Part shown: positions 43,654-54,467 of the stretch, one piece after another | Layout: each line of letters starts with the position of its first letter | How positions within the stretch are numbered: the first letter of the stretch is position 1 | Sequence record: NC_054906.1 | From: Enterobacteria phage RB18 | Length of the DNA stretch: 64,000 nucleotides | Direction: 5' to 3' (one strand) | Notes under the pieces: model-generated | What the model was told of the DNA's origin: nothing | Databases searched by the model: none | The model's input: the letters and a program-made list of their open reading frames with translations, nothing else | Made by a program: the position numbers and the translations under genes

Positions 43654-43891
43654 CTACCTCTTCAGTTTCAGCTTCAAACACATCACGATTATCTTTATGA
43701 TACAAAGCTAATAGACGATTAAACATCTTACCATCAACGCCAAGTTCATCTTTAGCACGAATTCGAATATCTTTAATCAGTTCATTATAACCGGAAATTT
43801 TCAGTTTATGATCAGATGCTTCTTTAATAAATTTAGCCAAGTCTTCGCCATGGATAGCTTCATCAAATTCAACCATTTCTTTTTTAGCCAT
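43622..43891 (-). CDS. dsbA: DsbA double-stranded DNA-binding protein
   Basis: 89 aa, synteny. Confidence 0.65.
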   Translation of the reverse strand: MAKKEMVEFDEAIHGEDLAKFIKEASDHKLKISGYNELIKDIRIRAKDELGVDGKMFNRLLALYHKDNRDVFEAETEEVVELYDTVFSK

Positions 43892-43899
43892 TATTCACC

Positions 43900-44832
43900 T
43901 CAAAATTCATTAATGCTATTAGTTAATTTAGAAAGACCCGCTTTTACAAAATATGAATAAATTTTGCCACGCGGTGGTAATTTATATGAATTATAGTAAT
44001 TCACAATGTTTGAAGCAATATTATCAGGAATATAATCAAAATCAATTAGAACTAGATTTTCTTTATAACGATTATATTCAGATTCTGTGAGAAGCACCTT
44101 AGCTTGCTCACGGTCATTAGCAATAGCTTCAACGATTGAAGTTTTCATTGAAGGAGTTCGTTCACCTTCAACTTTGGTAAACCAAAAGTCAGATCGTACT
44201 TTAACTGAAGCAACGTTATCCTTTTTGTCGCCTTTAAGGATTTTAGTCATACAGTCAATTTCAGCAGAACCGCTTTTAATTTTAACCCATTTCTTGTGCA
44301 TCGGTGACCATTGCTTAACATTTGGGTATTTGTGAAGTTGAGTAAAGTCACCATCCGACGAAATGATTAAAATCTTATGTCCTTCTAAAGAGAACTTTTT
44401 AACAAGAACAGCAATGTGGTCATCTGCTTCATACTTATCAATATCCATAACAATGTATGGCATATAAGCTTTCAATTCATCTATAACTTTATGGCTGGAT
44501 TCAAAATAACCTTCCCAGTCCCAAGTAGATTCTTCTCGTGCTTTTCCACGGTTTTTCTTGTAATAGTAAGCAAAATCACGACGCCAGTATCCAGATTTCG
44601 CATTATCAATACACAGTACAATTTTAGTGTATCCAAGCGTTTTTGCTTTTTTGACATTAAACTTAATTGAGTTCAATATCAAATGACGAACCATTGATAA
44701 ATTAATTTTTTCTTTATCTGGGAAGTTTACCAGAGCAGTTGAAAGCGCGATTTGACTAAAGTCAATAAAGCAAATTCCCTCTTTGTAATCTTCATCCAGC
44801 ATCATTTCTAAATCCATATGAACCTCGTTCAA
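43900..44832 (-). CDS. rnh: RNase H (5'-3' exonuclease / flap endonuclease)
   Basis: About 305-310 aa; FEN-family acidic residue pattern; synteny. Confidence 0.8.
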   Translation of the reverse strand: MNEVHMDLEMMLDEDYKEGICFIDFSQIALSTALVNFPDKEKINLSMVRHLILNSIKFNVKKAKTLGYTKIVLCIDNAKSGYWRRDFAYYYKKNRGKAREESTWDWEGYFESSHKVIDELKAYMPYIVMDIDKYEADDHIAVLVKKFSLEGHKILIISSDGDFTQLHKYPNVKQWSPMHKKWVKIKSGSAEIDCMTKILKGDKKDNVASVKVRSDFWFTKVEGERTPSMKTSIVEAIANDREQAKVLLTESEYNRYKENLVLIDFDYIPDNIASNIVNYYNSYKLPPRGKIYSYFVKAGLSKLTNSINEF

Positions 44833-44879
44833 TTAGTGAGATTTCTATTATATACCATCCAAATCTTAAAGTAAACAAG

Positions 44880-44887
44880 TATAAATA
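44880..44887 (+). promoter_or_regulatory. Late promoter (TATAAATA) for gene 34
   Basis: Exact TATAAATA about 35 nt upstream of the gene 34 ATG. Confidence 0.7.
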
Positions 44888-44921
44888 CTTATTATTGAAA
44901 ACACAATAGGAGCCCGGGAGA

Positions 44922-47900
44922 ATGGCCGAGATTAAAAGAAAGTTCAGAGCAGAAGATGGTCTGGACGCAGGTGGTGATAAAATAATCAACGTAGCTTTAG
45001 CTGATCGTGCCGTAGGAACTGACGGTGTTAACGTTGATTACTTAATTCAAGAAAACACAGTTCAACAATATGATCCAACTCGTGGATATTTAAAAGATTT
45101 TGTAATCATTTATGATAACCGCTTTTGGGCTGCTATAAATGATATTCCAAAACCAGCAGGAGCTTTTAATAGCGGACGCTGGAGAGCATTACGTACTGAT
45201 GCTAACTGGATTACGGTTTCATCTGGTTCATATCAATTAAAATCTGGTGAAGCAATTTCGGTTAACACCGCAGCTGGAAATGACATCACGTTTACTTTAC
45301 CATCTTCTCCAATTGATGGTGATACTATCGTTCTCCAAGATATTGGAGGAAAACCTGGAGTTAACCAAGTTTTAATTGTAGCTCCAGTACAAAGTATTGT
45401 AAACTTTAGAGGTGAACAGGTACGTTCAGTACTAATGACTCATCCAAAGTCACAGCTAGTTTTAATTTTTAGTAATCGTCTGTGGCAAATGTATGTTGCT
45501 GATTATAGTAGAGAAGCTATAGTTGTAACACCAGCGAATACTTATCAAGCGCAATCCAACGATTTTATCGTGCGTAGATTTACTTCTGCCGCACCGATAA
45601 ATATTAAACTTCCAAGATTTGCTAATCATGGAGATATTATTAATTTCGTCGATTTAGATAAACTAAATCCACTTTATCATACAATTGTTACTACATACGA
45701 TGAAACGACTTCAGTACAAGAAGTTGGAACTCATTCCATTGAAGGCCGTACAACAATTGACGGTTTCTTGATGTTTGATGATAATGAGAAATTGTGGAGA
45801 TTGTTTGACGGGGATAGTAAAGCACGTTTACGCGTTATAACAACTAATTCTAATATTCGTCCAAATGAAGAAGTTATGGTATTTGGTGCGAATAACGGAA
45901 CAGCTCAGACAATTGAACTTCAGCTTCCAACTAATATTTCTGTTGGTGATACTGTTAAAATTTCCATGAATTACATGAGAAAAGGACAAACAGTTAAAAT
46001 CAAAGCTGCCGGTGAAGATAAAATTGCTTCTTCGGTTCAATTGTTGCAATTCCCAAAACGCTCAGAATATCCGCCTGAAGCTGAGTGGGTTACAGTTCAA
46101 GAATTAGTTTTTAACGGTGAAACTAATTATGTTCCAGTTTTACAACTTGCTTATATAGAAGATTCTGATGGAAAATACTGGGTTGTGCAACAAAATGTTC
46201 CAACCGTAGAAAGAGTAGACTCTTTAAATGATTCTACTAGAGCAAGATTAGGCGTAATAGCTTTAGCTACACAAGCTCAAGCTAATGTCGATTTAGAAAA
46301 TTCTCCACAAAAAGAATTAGCAATTACTCCAGAAACATTAGCTAACCGTACTGCTACTGAAACTCGTAGAGGTATTGCAAGAATAGCAACTACTGCTCAA
46401 GTGAATCAGAACACCACATTCTCTTTTGCTGATGACCTTATCATCACTCCTAAAAAGCTGAATGAAAGAACTGCTACAGAAACTCGCAGAGGTGTCGCAG
46501 AAATTGCTACACAACAGGAAACTAATACAGGTACTGATGATACTACAATCATCACTCCTAAAAAGCTTCAAGCTCGTCAAGGTTCTGAATCATTATCTGG
46601 TATTGTAACTTTTGTATCTACTGCAGGTGCTACTCCGGCTTCTAGCCGCGAATTAAATGGTACCAACGTTTATAATAAAAACACTAATAATTTAGTTGTT
46701 TCACCTAAAGCTTTGAATCAGTATAAAGCTACTCCAACGCAACAAGGTGCAGTAATTTTAGCAGTTGAAAGTGAAGTAATTGCTGGACAAAGTCAGCAAG
46801 GATGGGCAAATGCTGTTGTAACGCCAGAAACGTTACATAAAAAGACATCAACTGATGGAAGAATTGGTTTAATTGAAATTGCTACGCAAAGTGAAGTTAA
46901 TACAGGAACTGATTATACTCGTGCAGTCACTCCTAAAACTTTAAATGACCGCAGAGCAACTGAAAGTTTAAGTGGTATAGCTGAAATTGCTACACAAGTT
47001 GAATTCGACGCAGGCGTCGACGATACTCGTATCTCTACACCATTAAAAATTAAAACCAGATTTAATAGTACTGATCGTACTTCTGTTGTTGCTCTATCTG
47101 GATTAGTTGAATCAGGAACTCTCTGGGACCATTATACCCTTAATATTCTTGAAGCAAATGAGACACAACGTGGTACACTTCGTGTAGCTACACAAGTTGA
47201 AGCTGCTGCAGGAACACTAGATAATGTTTTAATAACTCCTAAAAAGCTTTTAGGTACTAAATCTACTGAAGCACAGGAAGGTGTTATTAAAGTTGCAACT
47301 CAGTCTGAAACTGTGACTGGAACGTCGGCAAATACTGCTGTATCTCCAAAAAATTTAAAATGGATTGTGCAGAGTGAACCTACTTGGGCAGCTACTACTG
47401 CAATAAGAGGTTTTGTTAAAACTTCATCTGGTTCAATTACATTCGTTGGTAATGATACAGTCGGTTCTACACAAGATTTAGAACTGTATGAGAAAAATAG
47501 CTATGCGGTATCACCATATGAATTAAACCGTGTATTAGCAAATTATCTGCCGTTAAAAGCAAAAGCTGCAGATAGTAATTTATTGGATGGTCTAGATTCA
47601 TCTCAGTTCATTCGTAGGGATATTGCACAGACGGTTAATGGTTCACTAACCTTAACCCAGCAAACGAATCTGAGTGCCCCTCTTGTATCATCTAGTACTG
47701 CTACGTTTGGTGGATCAGTTTCGGCAAATAGTACATTAACTATTTCTAACACTGGAACGGCAACTCGTCTGATTTTTGAGAAAGGACCTCAAACTGGAAC
47801 TAACCCAGCACAGACGATGACTATCAGAGTTTGGGGAAATCAGTTTGGCGGCGGTTCAGATACAACACGTTCTACTGTATTTGAAGTTGGTGATGAAACA

Positions 47901-48791
47901 TCTAATCACTTTTATTCTCAACGTAATAAAGCTGGGAATATAACGTTTAGTATCAATGGTACTGTGATGCCAATAAATGTTAACGCTTCAGGCACGTTGA
48001 ATGCGAATGGCGTTGCAACATTCGGTCGTTCAGTTACAGCCAATGGTGAATTCATTAGCAAGTCTGCAAATGCTTTCAGAGCAATAAACGGTGATTATGG
48101 ATTCTTTATCAGGAATGATGGTGGCAGCACATATTTTATGCTTACTGCATCTGGTGATCAGACTGGCGGATTTAATGGATTACGTCCTTTAGCTATTAAT
48201 AATGTATCTGGTCAAGTAACAATTGGTGAAAGCTTAATCATTGCCAAAGGTGCTACTATAAATTCAGGTGGTTTAACTGTTAACTCGAGAATTCGTTCTC
48301 AGGGCACTAAAACATCTGATTTATATACCCGCGCGCCAACATCTGATACTGTAGGATTCTGGTCAATCGATATTAACGATTCAGCCACTTATAACCAATT
48401 CCCGGGTTATTTTAAAATGGTTGAAAAAACTAATGAAGTGACTGGGCTTCCATACTTAGAACGTGGCGAAGAAGTTAAATCTCCTGGTACATTGACTCAG
48501 TTTGGTAACACACTTGATTCGCTTTACCAAGATTGGATTACTTATCCAACGACGCCAGAAGCGCGTACCACTCGCTGGACACGTACATGGCAGAAAACCA
48601 AAAATTCTTGGTCAAGTTTTGTTCAGGTATTTGACGGAGGTAACCCTCCTCAACCATCTGATATCGGTGCTTTACCATCTGATAATGCCACAATGGGTAA
48701 TCTTACTATTCGTGATTTCTTGCGAATTGGTAATGTTCGCATTATTCCTGACCCAGTGAATAAAACTGTTAAATTTGAATGGGTTGAATAA
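44922..48791 (+). CDS. 34: Long tail fibre proximal subunit gp34
   Basis: 1289 aa, same length as T4 gp34. Confidence 0.9.
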   Translation: MAEIKRKFRAEDGLDAGGDKIINVALADRAVGTDGVNVDYLIQENTVQQYDPTRGYLKDFVIIYDNRFWAAINDIPKPAGAFNSGRWRALRTDANWITVSSGSYQLKSGEAISVNTAAGNDITFTLPSSPIDGDTIVLQDIGGKPGVNQVLIVAPVQSIVNFRGEQVRSVLMTHPKSQLVLIFSNRLWQMYVADYSREAIVVTPANTYQAQSNDFIVRRFTSAAPINIKLPRFANHGDIINFVDLDKLNPLYHTIVTTYDETTSVQEVGTHSIEGRTTIDGFLMFDDNEKLWRLFDGDSKARLRVITTNSNIRPNEEVMVFGANNGTAQTIELQLPTNISVGDTVKISMNYMRKGQTVKIKAAGEDKIASSVQLLQFPKRSEYPPEAEWVTVQELVFNGETNYVPVLQLAYIEDSDGKYWVVQQNVPTVERVDSLNDSTRARLGVIALATQAQANVDLENSPQKELAITPETLANRTATETRRGIARIATTAQVNQNTTFSFADDLIITPKKLNERTATETRRGVAEIATQQETNTGTDDTTIITPKKLQARQGSESLSGIVTFVSTAGATPASSRELNGTNVYNKNTNNLVVSPKALNQYKATPTQQGAVILAVESEVIAGQSQQGWANAVVTPETLHKKTSTDGRIGLIEIATQSEVNTGTDYTRAVTPKTLNDRRATESLSGIAEIATQVEFDAGVDDTRISTPLKIKTRFNSTDRTSVVALSGLVESGTLWDHYTLNILEANETQRGTLRVATQVEAAAGTLDNVLITPKKLLGTKSTEAQEGVIKVATQSETVTGTSANTAVSPKNLKWIVQSEPTWAATTAIRGFVKTSSGSITFVGNDTVGSTQDLELYEKNSYAVSPYELNRVLANYLPLKAKAADSNLLDGLDSSQFIRRDIAQTVNGSLTLTQQTNLSAPLVSSSTATFGGSVSANSTLTISNTGTATRLIFEKGPQTGTNPAQTMTIRVWGNQFGGGSDTTRSTVFEVGDETSNHFYSQRNKAGNITFSINGTVMPINVNASGTLNANGVATFGRSVTANGEFISKSANAFRAINGDYGFFIRNDGGSTYFMLTASGDQTGGFNGLRPLAINNVSGQVTIGESLIIAKGATINSGGLTVNSRIRSQGTKTSDLYTRAPTSDTVGFWSIDINDSATYNQFPGYFKMVEKTNEVTGLPYLERGEEVKSPGTLTQFGNTLDSLYQDWITYPTTPEARTTRWTRTWQKTKNSWSSFVQVFDGGNPPQPSDIGALPSDNATMGNLTIRDFLRIGNVRIIPDPVNKTVKFEWVE
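46315..47330 (+). repeat. Tandem degenerate peptide repeats within gp34
   Basis: Repeated ITPKKL-x-TATETRRG-x-IAT-Q units in translation. Confidence 0.6.
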
Positions 48792-48799
48792 GAGGTATT

Positions 48800-49915
48800 A
48801 TGGAAAAATTTATGGCAGAGTTTGGACAAGGATATGTCCAAACACCATTTTTATCGGAAAGTAATTCAGTAAGATATAAAATAAGTATAGCGGGTTCTTG
48901 TCCGCTTTCTACCGCAGGACCGTATGTTAAATTTCAGGATAATCCTGTAGGAAGTCAAACATTTAGCGCAGGTCTTCATTTAAGAGTTTTTGACCCTTCC
49001 ACCGGAGCATTAGTTGATAGTAAGTCATATGCTTTTTCGACTTCAAATGATACTACATCAGCTGCTTTTGTTAGTTTCATGAATTCTTTGACGAATAATC
49101 GAATTGTTGCTATATTAACTAGTGGAAAGGTTAATTTTCCTCCTGAAGTAGTATCTTGGTTAAGAACCGCAGGAACGTCTGCCTTTCCATCTGACTCTAT
49201 ATTGTCAAGATTTGACGTATCATATGCTGCTTTTTATACTTCTTCTAAAAGAGCTATTGCATTAGAGCATGTTAAACTGAGTAACAGAAAAAGCACAGAT
49301 GACTATCAAACTATTTTAGATGTTGTATTTGACAGTTTAGAAGACGTCGGAGCTACCGGGTTTCCAAGAAGAACGTATGAAAGCGTTGAGCAATTTATGT
49401 CAGCGGTTGGTGGAACTAATAACGAAATTGCGCGTCTACCAACTTCAGCTGCTATAAGTAAACTCTCTGATTATAATTTAATTCCTGGTGATGTTCTTTA
49501 TCTTAAAGCACAGTTATATGCTGATGCTGATTTACTTGCTCTTGGAACTACAAATATATCTATCCGTTTTTATAATGCATCTAATGGATATATTTCCTCG
49601 ACACAAGCTGAGTTTACTGGACAAGCTGGGTCATGGGAATTAAAGGAAGATTATGTAGTTGTTCCAGAAAACGCAGTAGGATTTACGATATATGCACAAA
49701 GAACTGCACAAGCTGGTCAAGGCGGCATGAGAAATTTAAGTTTTTCTGAAGTATCAAGAAACGGCGGCATTTCAAAACCTGCTGAATTTGGCGTCAATGG
49801 TATTCGTGTTAATTATATCTGTGAATCTGCTTCACCTCCGGATATAATGGTACTTCCTACACAAGCATCGTCTAAAACTGGTAAAGTGTTTGGGCAAGAA
49901 TTTAGAGAAGTATAA
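48800..49915 (+). CDS. 35: Long tail fibre hinge protein gp35
   Basis: 371 aa, synteny. Confidence 0.8.
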   Translation: MEKFMAEFGQGYVQTPFLSESNSVRYKISIAGSCPLSTAGPYVKFQDNPVGSQTFSAGLHLRVFDPSTGALVDSKSYAFSTSNDTTSAAFVSFMNSLTNNRIVAILTSGKVNFPPEVVSWLRTAGTSAFPSDSILSRFDVSYAAFYTSSKRAIALEHVKLSNRKSTDDYQTILDVVFDSLEDVGATGFPRRTYESVEQFMSAVGGTNNEIARLPTSAAISKLSDYNLIPGDVLYLKAQLYADADLLALGTTNISIRFYNASNGYISSTQAEFTGQAGSWELKEDYVVVPENAVGFTIYAQRTAQAGQGGMRNLSFSEVSRNGGISKPAEFGVNGIRVNYICESASPPDIMVLPTQASSKTGKVFGQEFREV

Positions 49916-49920
49916 ATTGA

Positions 49921-49943
49921 GGGAGCCTTCGGGTTCCCTTTTT
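49921..49943 (+). terminator. Terminator hairpin after gene 35
   Basis: gggagcc-TTCG-ggttccc followed by T-run. Confidence 0.6.
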
Positions 49944-49946
49944 CTT

Positions 49947-49954
49947 TATAAATA
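49947..49954 (+). promoter_or_regulatory. Late promoter (TATAAATA) for gene 36
   Basis: Exact TATAAATA about 24 nt upstream of the gene 36 ATG. Confidence 0.7.
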
Positions 49955-49977
49955 CTATTAAAATAAAGGGGCATACA

Positions 49978-50643
49978 ATGGCTGATTTAAAAGTAGGTTC
50001 AACAACCGGAGGCTCTGTCATTTGGCATCAAGGAAATTTTCCATTGAATCCAGCCGGTGACGATGTACTCTATAAATCATTTAAAATATATTCAGAATAT
50101 AATAAACCACAAGCTGCTGATAACGATTTCGTTTCTAAAGCTAATGGTGGTACTTATGCATCAAAGGTAACATTTAATGCTGGTGTTCAAGTACCATATG
50201 CTATAAACAACACAAACCAATGTGGTATTTATCCAGGTAACGGTGATAATGCTACTTTTGCTGTAGCAAATATTGATATTGTTTCGTGGAATGGTATTGG
50301 TTTTAAATCATCACAGGGTTCAGCAGAACGAACTGTTGTAATTAATGCACGTAATGGTGATATTAGTACAAAAGGCGTTGTGACAGCAGTAGGTCAAATA
50401 AGAAGTAATGCAGTTGCTCCTATAGCAGCGAATGACCTTACTAGAAAGGACTATGTTGATGGAGCAATAAATACTGTTACGGCAAATGCAAACTCTAGGG
50501 TGCTACGGTCTGGTGACATCATGACAGGTAATTTAACAGCGCCAAACTTTTTCTCACAGAATCCTGCATCTCAACCTTCACATGTTCCACGATTTGACCA
50601 AATCGTAATTAAGGATTCTGTTCAAGATTTCGGCTATTATTAA
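49978..50643 (+). CDS. 36: Long tail fibre distal connector gp36
   Basis: 221 aa, synteny. Confidence 0.8.
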   Translation: MADLKVGSTTGGSVIWHQGNFPLNPAGDDVLYKSFKIYSEYNKPQAADNDFVSKANGGTYASKVTFNAGVQVPYAINNTNQCGIYPGNGDNATFAVANIDIVSWNGIGFKSSQGSAERTVVINARNGDISTKGVVTAVGQIRSNAVAPIAANDLTRKDYVDGAINTVTANANSRVLRSGDIMTGNLTAPNFFSQNPASQPSHVPRFDQIVIKDSVQDFGYY

Positions 50644-50651
50644 GAGGACTT

Positions 50652-53600
50652 ATGGCTACTTTAAAACAAATACAATTTAAAAGAAGCAAAATCGCAGGTG
50701 CACGTCCTGCTGCTTCAGTATTAGCCGAAGGTGAATTGGCTATAAACTTAAAAGATAGAACAATTTTTACTAAAGATGATTCAGGAAATATCATTGACTT
50801 AAGCATTTCTGCTGGTGGTAATATCAGTGGAAATATCACTCAAACTGGTGATTATACACAGACTGGAAAATTTAATTTAATTGGTCCGCAAATTGTAGCA
50901 AGCGGTGGATATATTGAGTTTAATTATCGTACTACTGGAAGTGGGGCTTGGTCCGGTCAACATACTGCGAAAGCTCCAATTTTTGTAGATTTAAGCTCAG
51001 CTACTTCCACATCTGAATATAATCCTATAATTAAACAGCGCTTTAAAGATGGAACTTTTTCATTAGGTACTTTAGTTTCTGAAGGTTCGTTGAAGATTCA
51101 TTATATCAATGAATCTGGCGATTCGAAATATTGGACGTTTCGACGTGACGGCGGATTTACTGTTGACGGTGGAGGTTTAGGAGTATCAGGAGGTAGTATA
51201 ACTACATCTGGAAATATTGCAGCTCTCGGAAATATTACTTCGCCTCAGATTAATACTAAAAATATTATTTTAGATACAAAAGCATTTGGACAATACGATT
51301 CGCAATCATTAGTTCAATATGTTTATCCTGGAACAGGTGAAGAAAATGGTATAAACTATCTTCGTAAAGTTCGAGCTAAATCAGGCGGAACCATTTACCA
51401 TGAAATCGCTTCAGCTCAAACCGGTAAAAATGATGAAATTTCTTGGTGGACCGGAAATACACTTACTACTAAATTAATGGGTCTTCGTAATGATGGCGCA
51501 ATGGTATTACGTCGTTCACTTGCTATTGGCACAATTACCACTGACGAAAATACTAACAACTATGGTTCTCCTACTCCAATGGGAGAAAGATATATTGCTT
51601 TGGGCGATGCTGCCACTGGTTTAAAATACATTAAGCAGGGTGTTTATGATTTAGTAGGTAATTGGAATTCTGTTGCTTCTATTACTCCTGATAGTTTCCG
51701 TAGTACTCGTAAAGCGTTATTTGGACGTTCAGAAGACCAAGGCGGAACCTGGACAATGCCTGGAACGAACGCTGCCTTTTTATCAGTTCAAACACAGGCT
51801 GATGAAAACACTGCTGGAGACGGCCAGACGCATATTGGCTATAACTCAGGCGGAAAAATGAACCACTATTTCCGTGGTAAAGGCAAAACTAATATTAATA
51901 CTCAGGAAGGTATGGAAGTTAATCCGGGTATTTTGAAATTGGTAACTGGCTCTAATAATGTAATGTTTTATGCTGATGGCGGTATTACATCTGTTAAGCA
52001 GCTTTCAATATATAATGGCATATATTTAGCAGCTAATAATTCTACTGCTGGGCTAACATTCGCTCCAACTACTACAATTGATGGTACTAAGCAAATTTTG
52101 TGGGAAGGCGGTACTCGCGCTGGGCAGAATAAAAGCTATGTAACTGTTAAAGCATGGGGTAATTCATTTAACGCATCTGGCGATCGTAATCGTGAAACGG
52201 TTTTTGAAGTAGCTGATGGACAAGGATATTATTTTTATTCACAGCGTGTGGCTCCAAGTGGCTCTGAAACTACTGGGCCTGTTGTAACCCAGTTCAATGG
52301 ACAAGTTAATGCTAGAGGAAGTATTATTACTGACGGAAGTTTTAAAGTTAATGGATTAAGCACTTTAGTCGGTAATGTTACTATGTCTAATGGTTTGTTT
52401 GTCCAAGGTGGTTCTTCTATTACTGGACAGGTAAAAATTGGTGGAACGGCTGATGCATTAAGAATTTGGAATGCTGAATACGGTGCTATTTTCCGTCGCT
52501 CAGAAAGTAATCTTTATATTATCCCGACTCCTAAAGATGCTGGAGAATCGGGCGGTATAAGTAATCTTAGACCATTGATAATAGAACTGAACACTGGCAC
52601 AGTTAAAATGTCGCATGATGTTCATTTAGGAGATTCTGGATCTGGTACAGGACTTTTACAAGTAAGTAATAGTCTTAAAACTATTAAAATGATATGTCCA
52701 GTAACTATTAATTCACCTAATGCAGTGCTTACTCTAGATTCTCCTTCATCTTCTGCTAATTATTTACTGGGTTCTAGAGATGGAACTAGATCGTGGTATG
52801 TTGGTCTTGGTGGCGCTGGAAATGATTTATCGCTTTATAGTCAATATAATGGACACGGTCTTGTTATAAGCAATAATTTAGTATCAATCACTAAACCTCT
52901 TAAAGTCGGAAATGCACAATTAGGAACTGACGGTAATATTACCAATGGTTCAGGAAACTTTGCCAACTTAAATACCACGTTAAATCGTAAAGTTAATTCT
53001 GGATTTATTACTTATGGAGCAACCTCTGGATGGTATAAGTTTGCAACAGTAACAATGCCACAATCCACTTCAACAGTCTTCTTTAAAATAGTTGGAGGTT
53101 CTGGATTTAATAGCGGATTATTCACCCAATGTAATATTGCTGAAATTGTTTTACGTACTGGTAATGAAAGACCTTCTGACTTAAATGCTGTATTATACAC
53201 AAGAACAACTGGAATGTATAGCGCAGCATTTAGAAATATTGCAGTTAACAATGTCTCTGGAAATACATATGACATTTATGTTTATGCTGGAACATATTGT
53301 AATCAACTAGTTTGTGAATGGTCATGTACCGAAAATGCTACTGTTAGCGTTATTGGTATTAACTCATCTACCCAATCACCTGTGGATGCTCTTCCAGATA
53401 CAGCAGTTGATGGGCAAGTTGCTAATGTTCTTAATAACTTGGTTGATCGCGGTAAAGTTAAGCGTTATGAAGCCGATTCTGAAATAGCTATTAATAGCCC
53501 AACCGGTATTCGTATCAGAAGCAATGGCGATAAAACTGGTTCTGTTGCTACAATGCTACGAAATGATGGCGGCAGTTTTTATATTCTGTTTACAGATAAA

Positions 53601-54437
53601 AATGCCACCGATGGCGCAGCAACTGTTAATGGTGATTGGAATAGTAAACGTCCTTTCGCAATTAACTTAACAACCGGCGAAGTGATGATGAATAATGGCA
53701 TAGCTGTTCGCAGCGCTGCTTTATTCTATAATAGCATAAACGTCAAAGATAATGGTTCTATTAACTTTGATAAATCAGGTGCTAACCCGAGAAATATGAG
53801 AATATTTCATGCTGGCGATGCTTCTCGCGGTAACCGCATTGAAATTGCAGATGAAACTAACTATATTGCTTACTTTGAAAAGGCTCCAGGTGGAGCTAAC
53901 CGCTTTGTAGTAAATAATGCTACTGTAGCTGGTGTTAACCAAATGAATTCATTTGGTATTAATATCAATAACGCACTTGGTGGAAATAGTATAGCATTTG
54001 GTGATAGCGATACTGGTATTAAGCAAAATGGCGATGGATTATTAGACATATATGCGAACAGCGTACAAGTGTTCCGTTTCCAAAACGGTGATTTGTACTC
54101 ATACAAAAATATAAATGCTCCAAACGTTTATATTCGTTCTGATATTCGTTTAAAATCCAACTTTAAGCCTATCGAAAATGCACTTGATAAAGTTGAAAAA
54201 CTTAACGGTGTCATTTACGATAAAGCTGAATACATCGGTGGAGAGGCAATTGAAACTGAAGCGGGTATTGTGGCTCAAACGTTACAAGACGTTTTACCAG
54301 AAGCTGTCCGCGAAACAGAAGATAGCAAGGGTAATAAAATACTCACTGTTTCTTCTCAAGCCCAGATTGCTCTTCTGGTTGAAGCTGTGAAAACACTTTC
54401 TTCTCGTGTAAAAGAACTTGAATCTAAACTTATGTAA
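50652..54437 (+). CDS. 37: Long tail fibre distal subunit gp37, T2-type with C-terminal auto-processing chaperone domain
   Basis: 1261 aa; C-terminal SDIRLK...VKELESKL resembles intramolecular chaperone/peptidase S74 module. Confidence 0.85.
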   Translation: MATLKQIQFKRSKIAGARPAASVLAEGELAINLKDRTIFTKDDSGNIIDLSISAGGNISGNITQTGDYTQTGKFNLIGPQIVASGGYIEFNYRTTGSGAWSGQHTAKAPIFVDLSSATSTSEYNPIIKQRFKDGTFSLGTLVSEGSLKIHYINESGDSKYWTFRRDGGFTVDGGGLGVSGGSITTSGNIAALGNITSPQINTKNIILDTKAFGQYDSQSLVQYVYPGTGEENGINYLRKVRAKSGGTIYHEIASAQTGKNDEISWWTGNTLTTKLMGLRNDGAMVLRRSLAIGTITTDENTNNYGSPTPMGERYIALGDAATGLKYIKQGVYDLVGNWNSVASITPDSFRSTRKALFGRSEDQGGTWTMPGTNAAFLSVQTQADENTAGDGQTHIGYNSGGKMNHYFRGKGKTNINTQEGMEVNPGILKLVTGSNNVMFYADGGITSVKQLSIYNGIYLAANNSTAGLTFAPTTTIDGTKQILWEGGTRAGQNKSYVTVKAWGNSFNASGDRNRETVFEVADGQGYYFYSQRVAPSGSETTGPVVTQFNGQVNARGSIITDGSFKVNGLSTLVGNVTMSNGLFVQGGSSITGQVKIGGTADALRIWNAEYGAIFRRSESNLYIIPTPKDAGESGGISNLRPLIIELNTGTVKMSHDVHLGDSGSGTGLLQVSNSLKTIKMICPVTINSPNAVLTLDSPSSSANYLLGSRDGTRSWYVGLGGAGNDLSLYSQYNGHGLVISNNLVSITKPLKVGNAQLGTDGNITNGSGNFANLNTTLNRKVNSGFITYGATSGWYKFATVTMPQSTSTVFFKIVGGSGFNSGLFTQCNIAEIVLRTGNERPSDLNAVLYTRTTGMYSAAFRNIAVNNVSGNTYDIYVYAGTYCNQLVCEWSCTENATVSVIGINSSTQSPVDALPDTAVDGQVANVLNNLVDRGKVKRYEADSEIAINSPTGIRIRSNGDKTGSVATMLRNDGGSFYILFTDKNATDGAATVNGDWNSKRPFAINLTTGEVMMNNGIAVRSAALFYNSINVKDNGSINFDKSGANPRNMRIFHAGDASRGNRIEIADETNYIAYFEKAPGGANRFVVNNATVAGVNQMNSFGININNALGGNSIAFGDSDTGIKQNGDGLLDIYANSVQVFRFQNGDLYSYKNINAPNVYIRSDIRLKSNFKPIENALDKVEKLNGVIYDKAEYIGGEAIETEAGIVAQTLQDVLPEAVRETEDSKGNKILTVSSQAQIALLVEAVKTLSSRVKELESKLM

Positions 54438-54439
54438 AA

Positions 54440-54462
54440 GAGGGCTTCGGCCCTCTAAGGAT
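54440..54462 (+). terminator. Hairpin between genes 37 and 38
   Basis: agagggc-TTCG-gccctct followed by T-rich tract. Confidence 0.5.
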
Positions 54463-54467
54463 TTTTA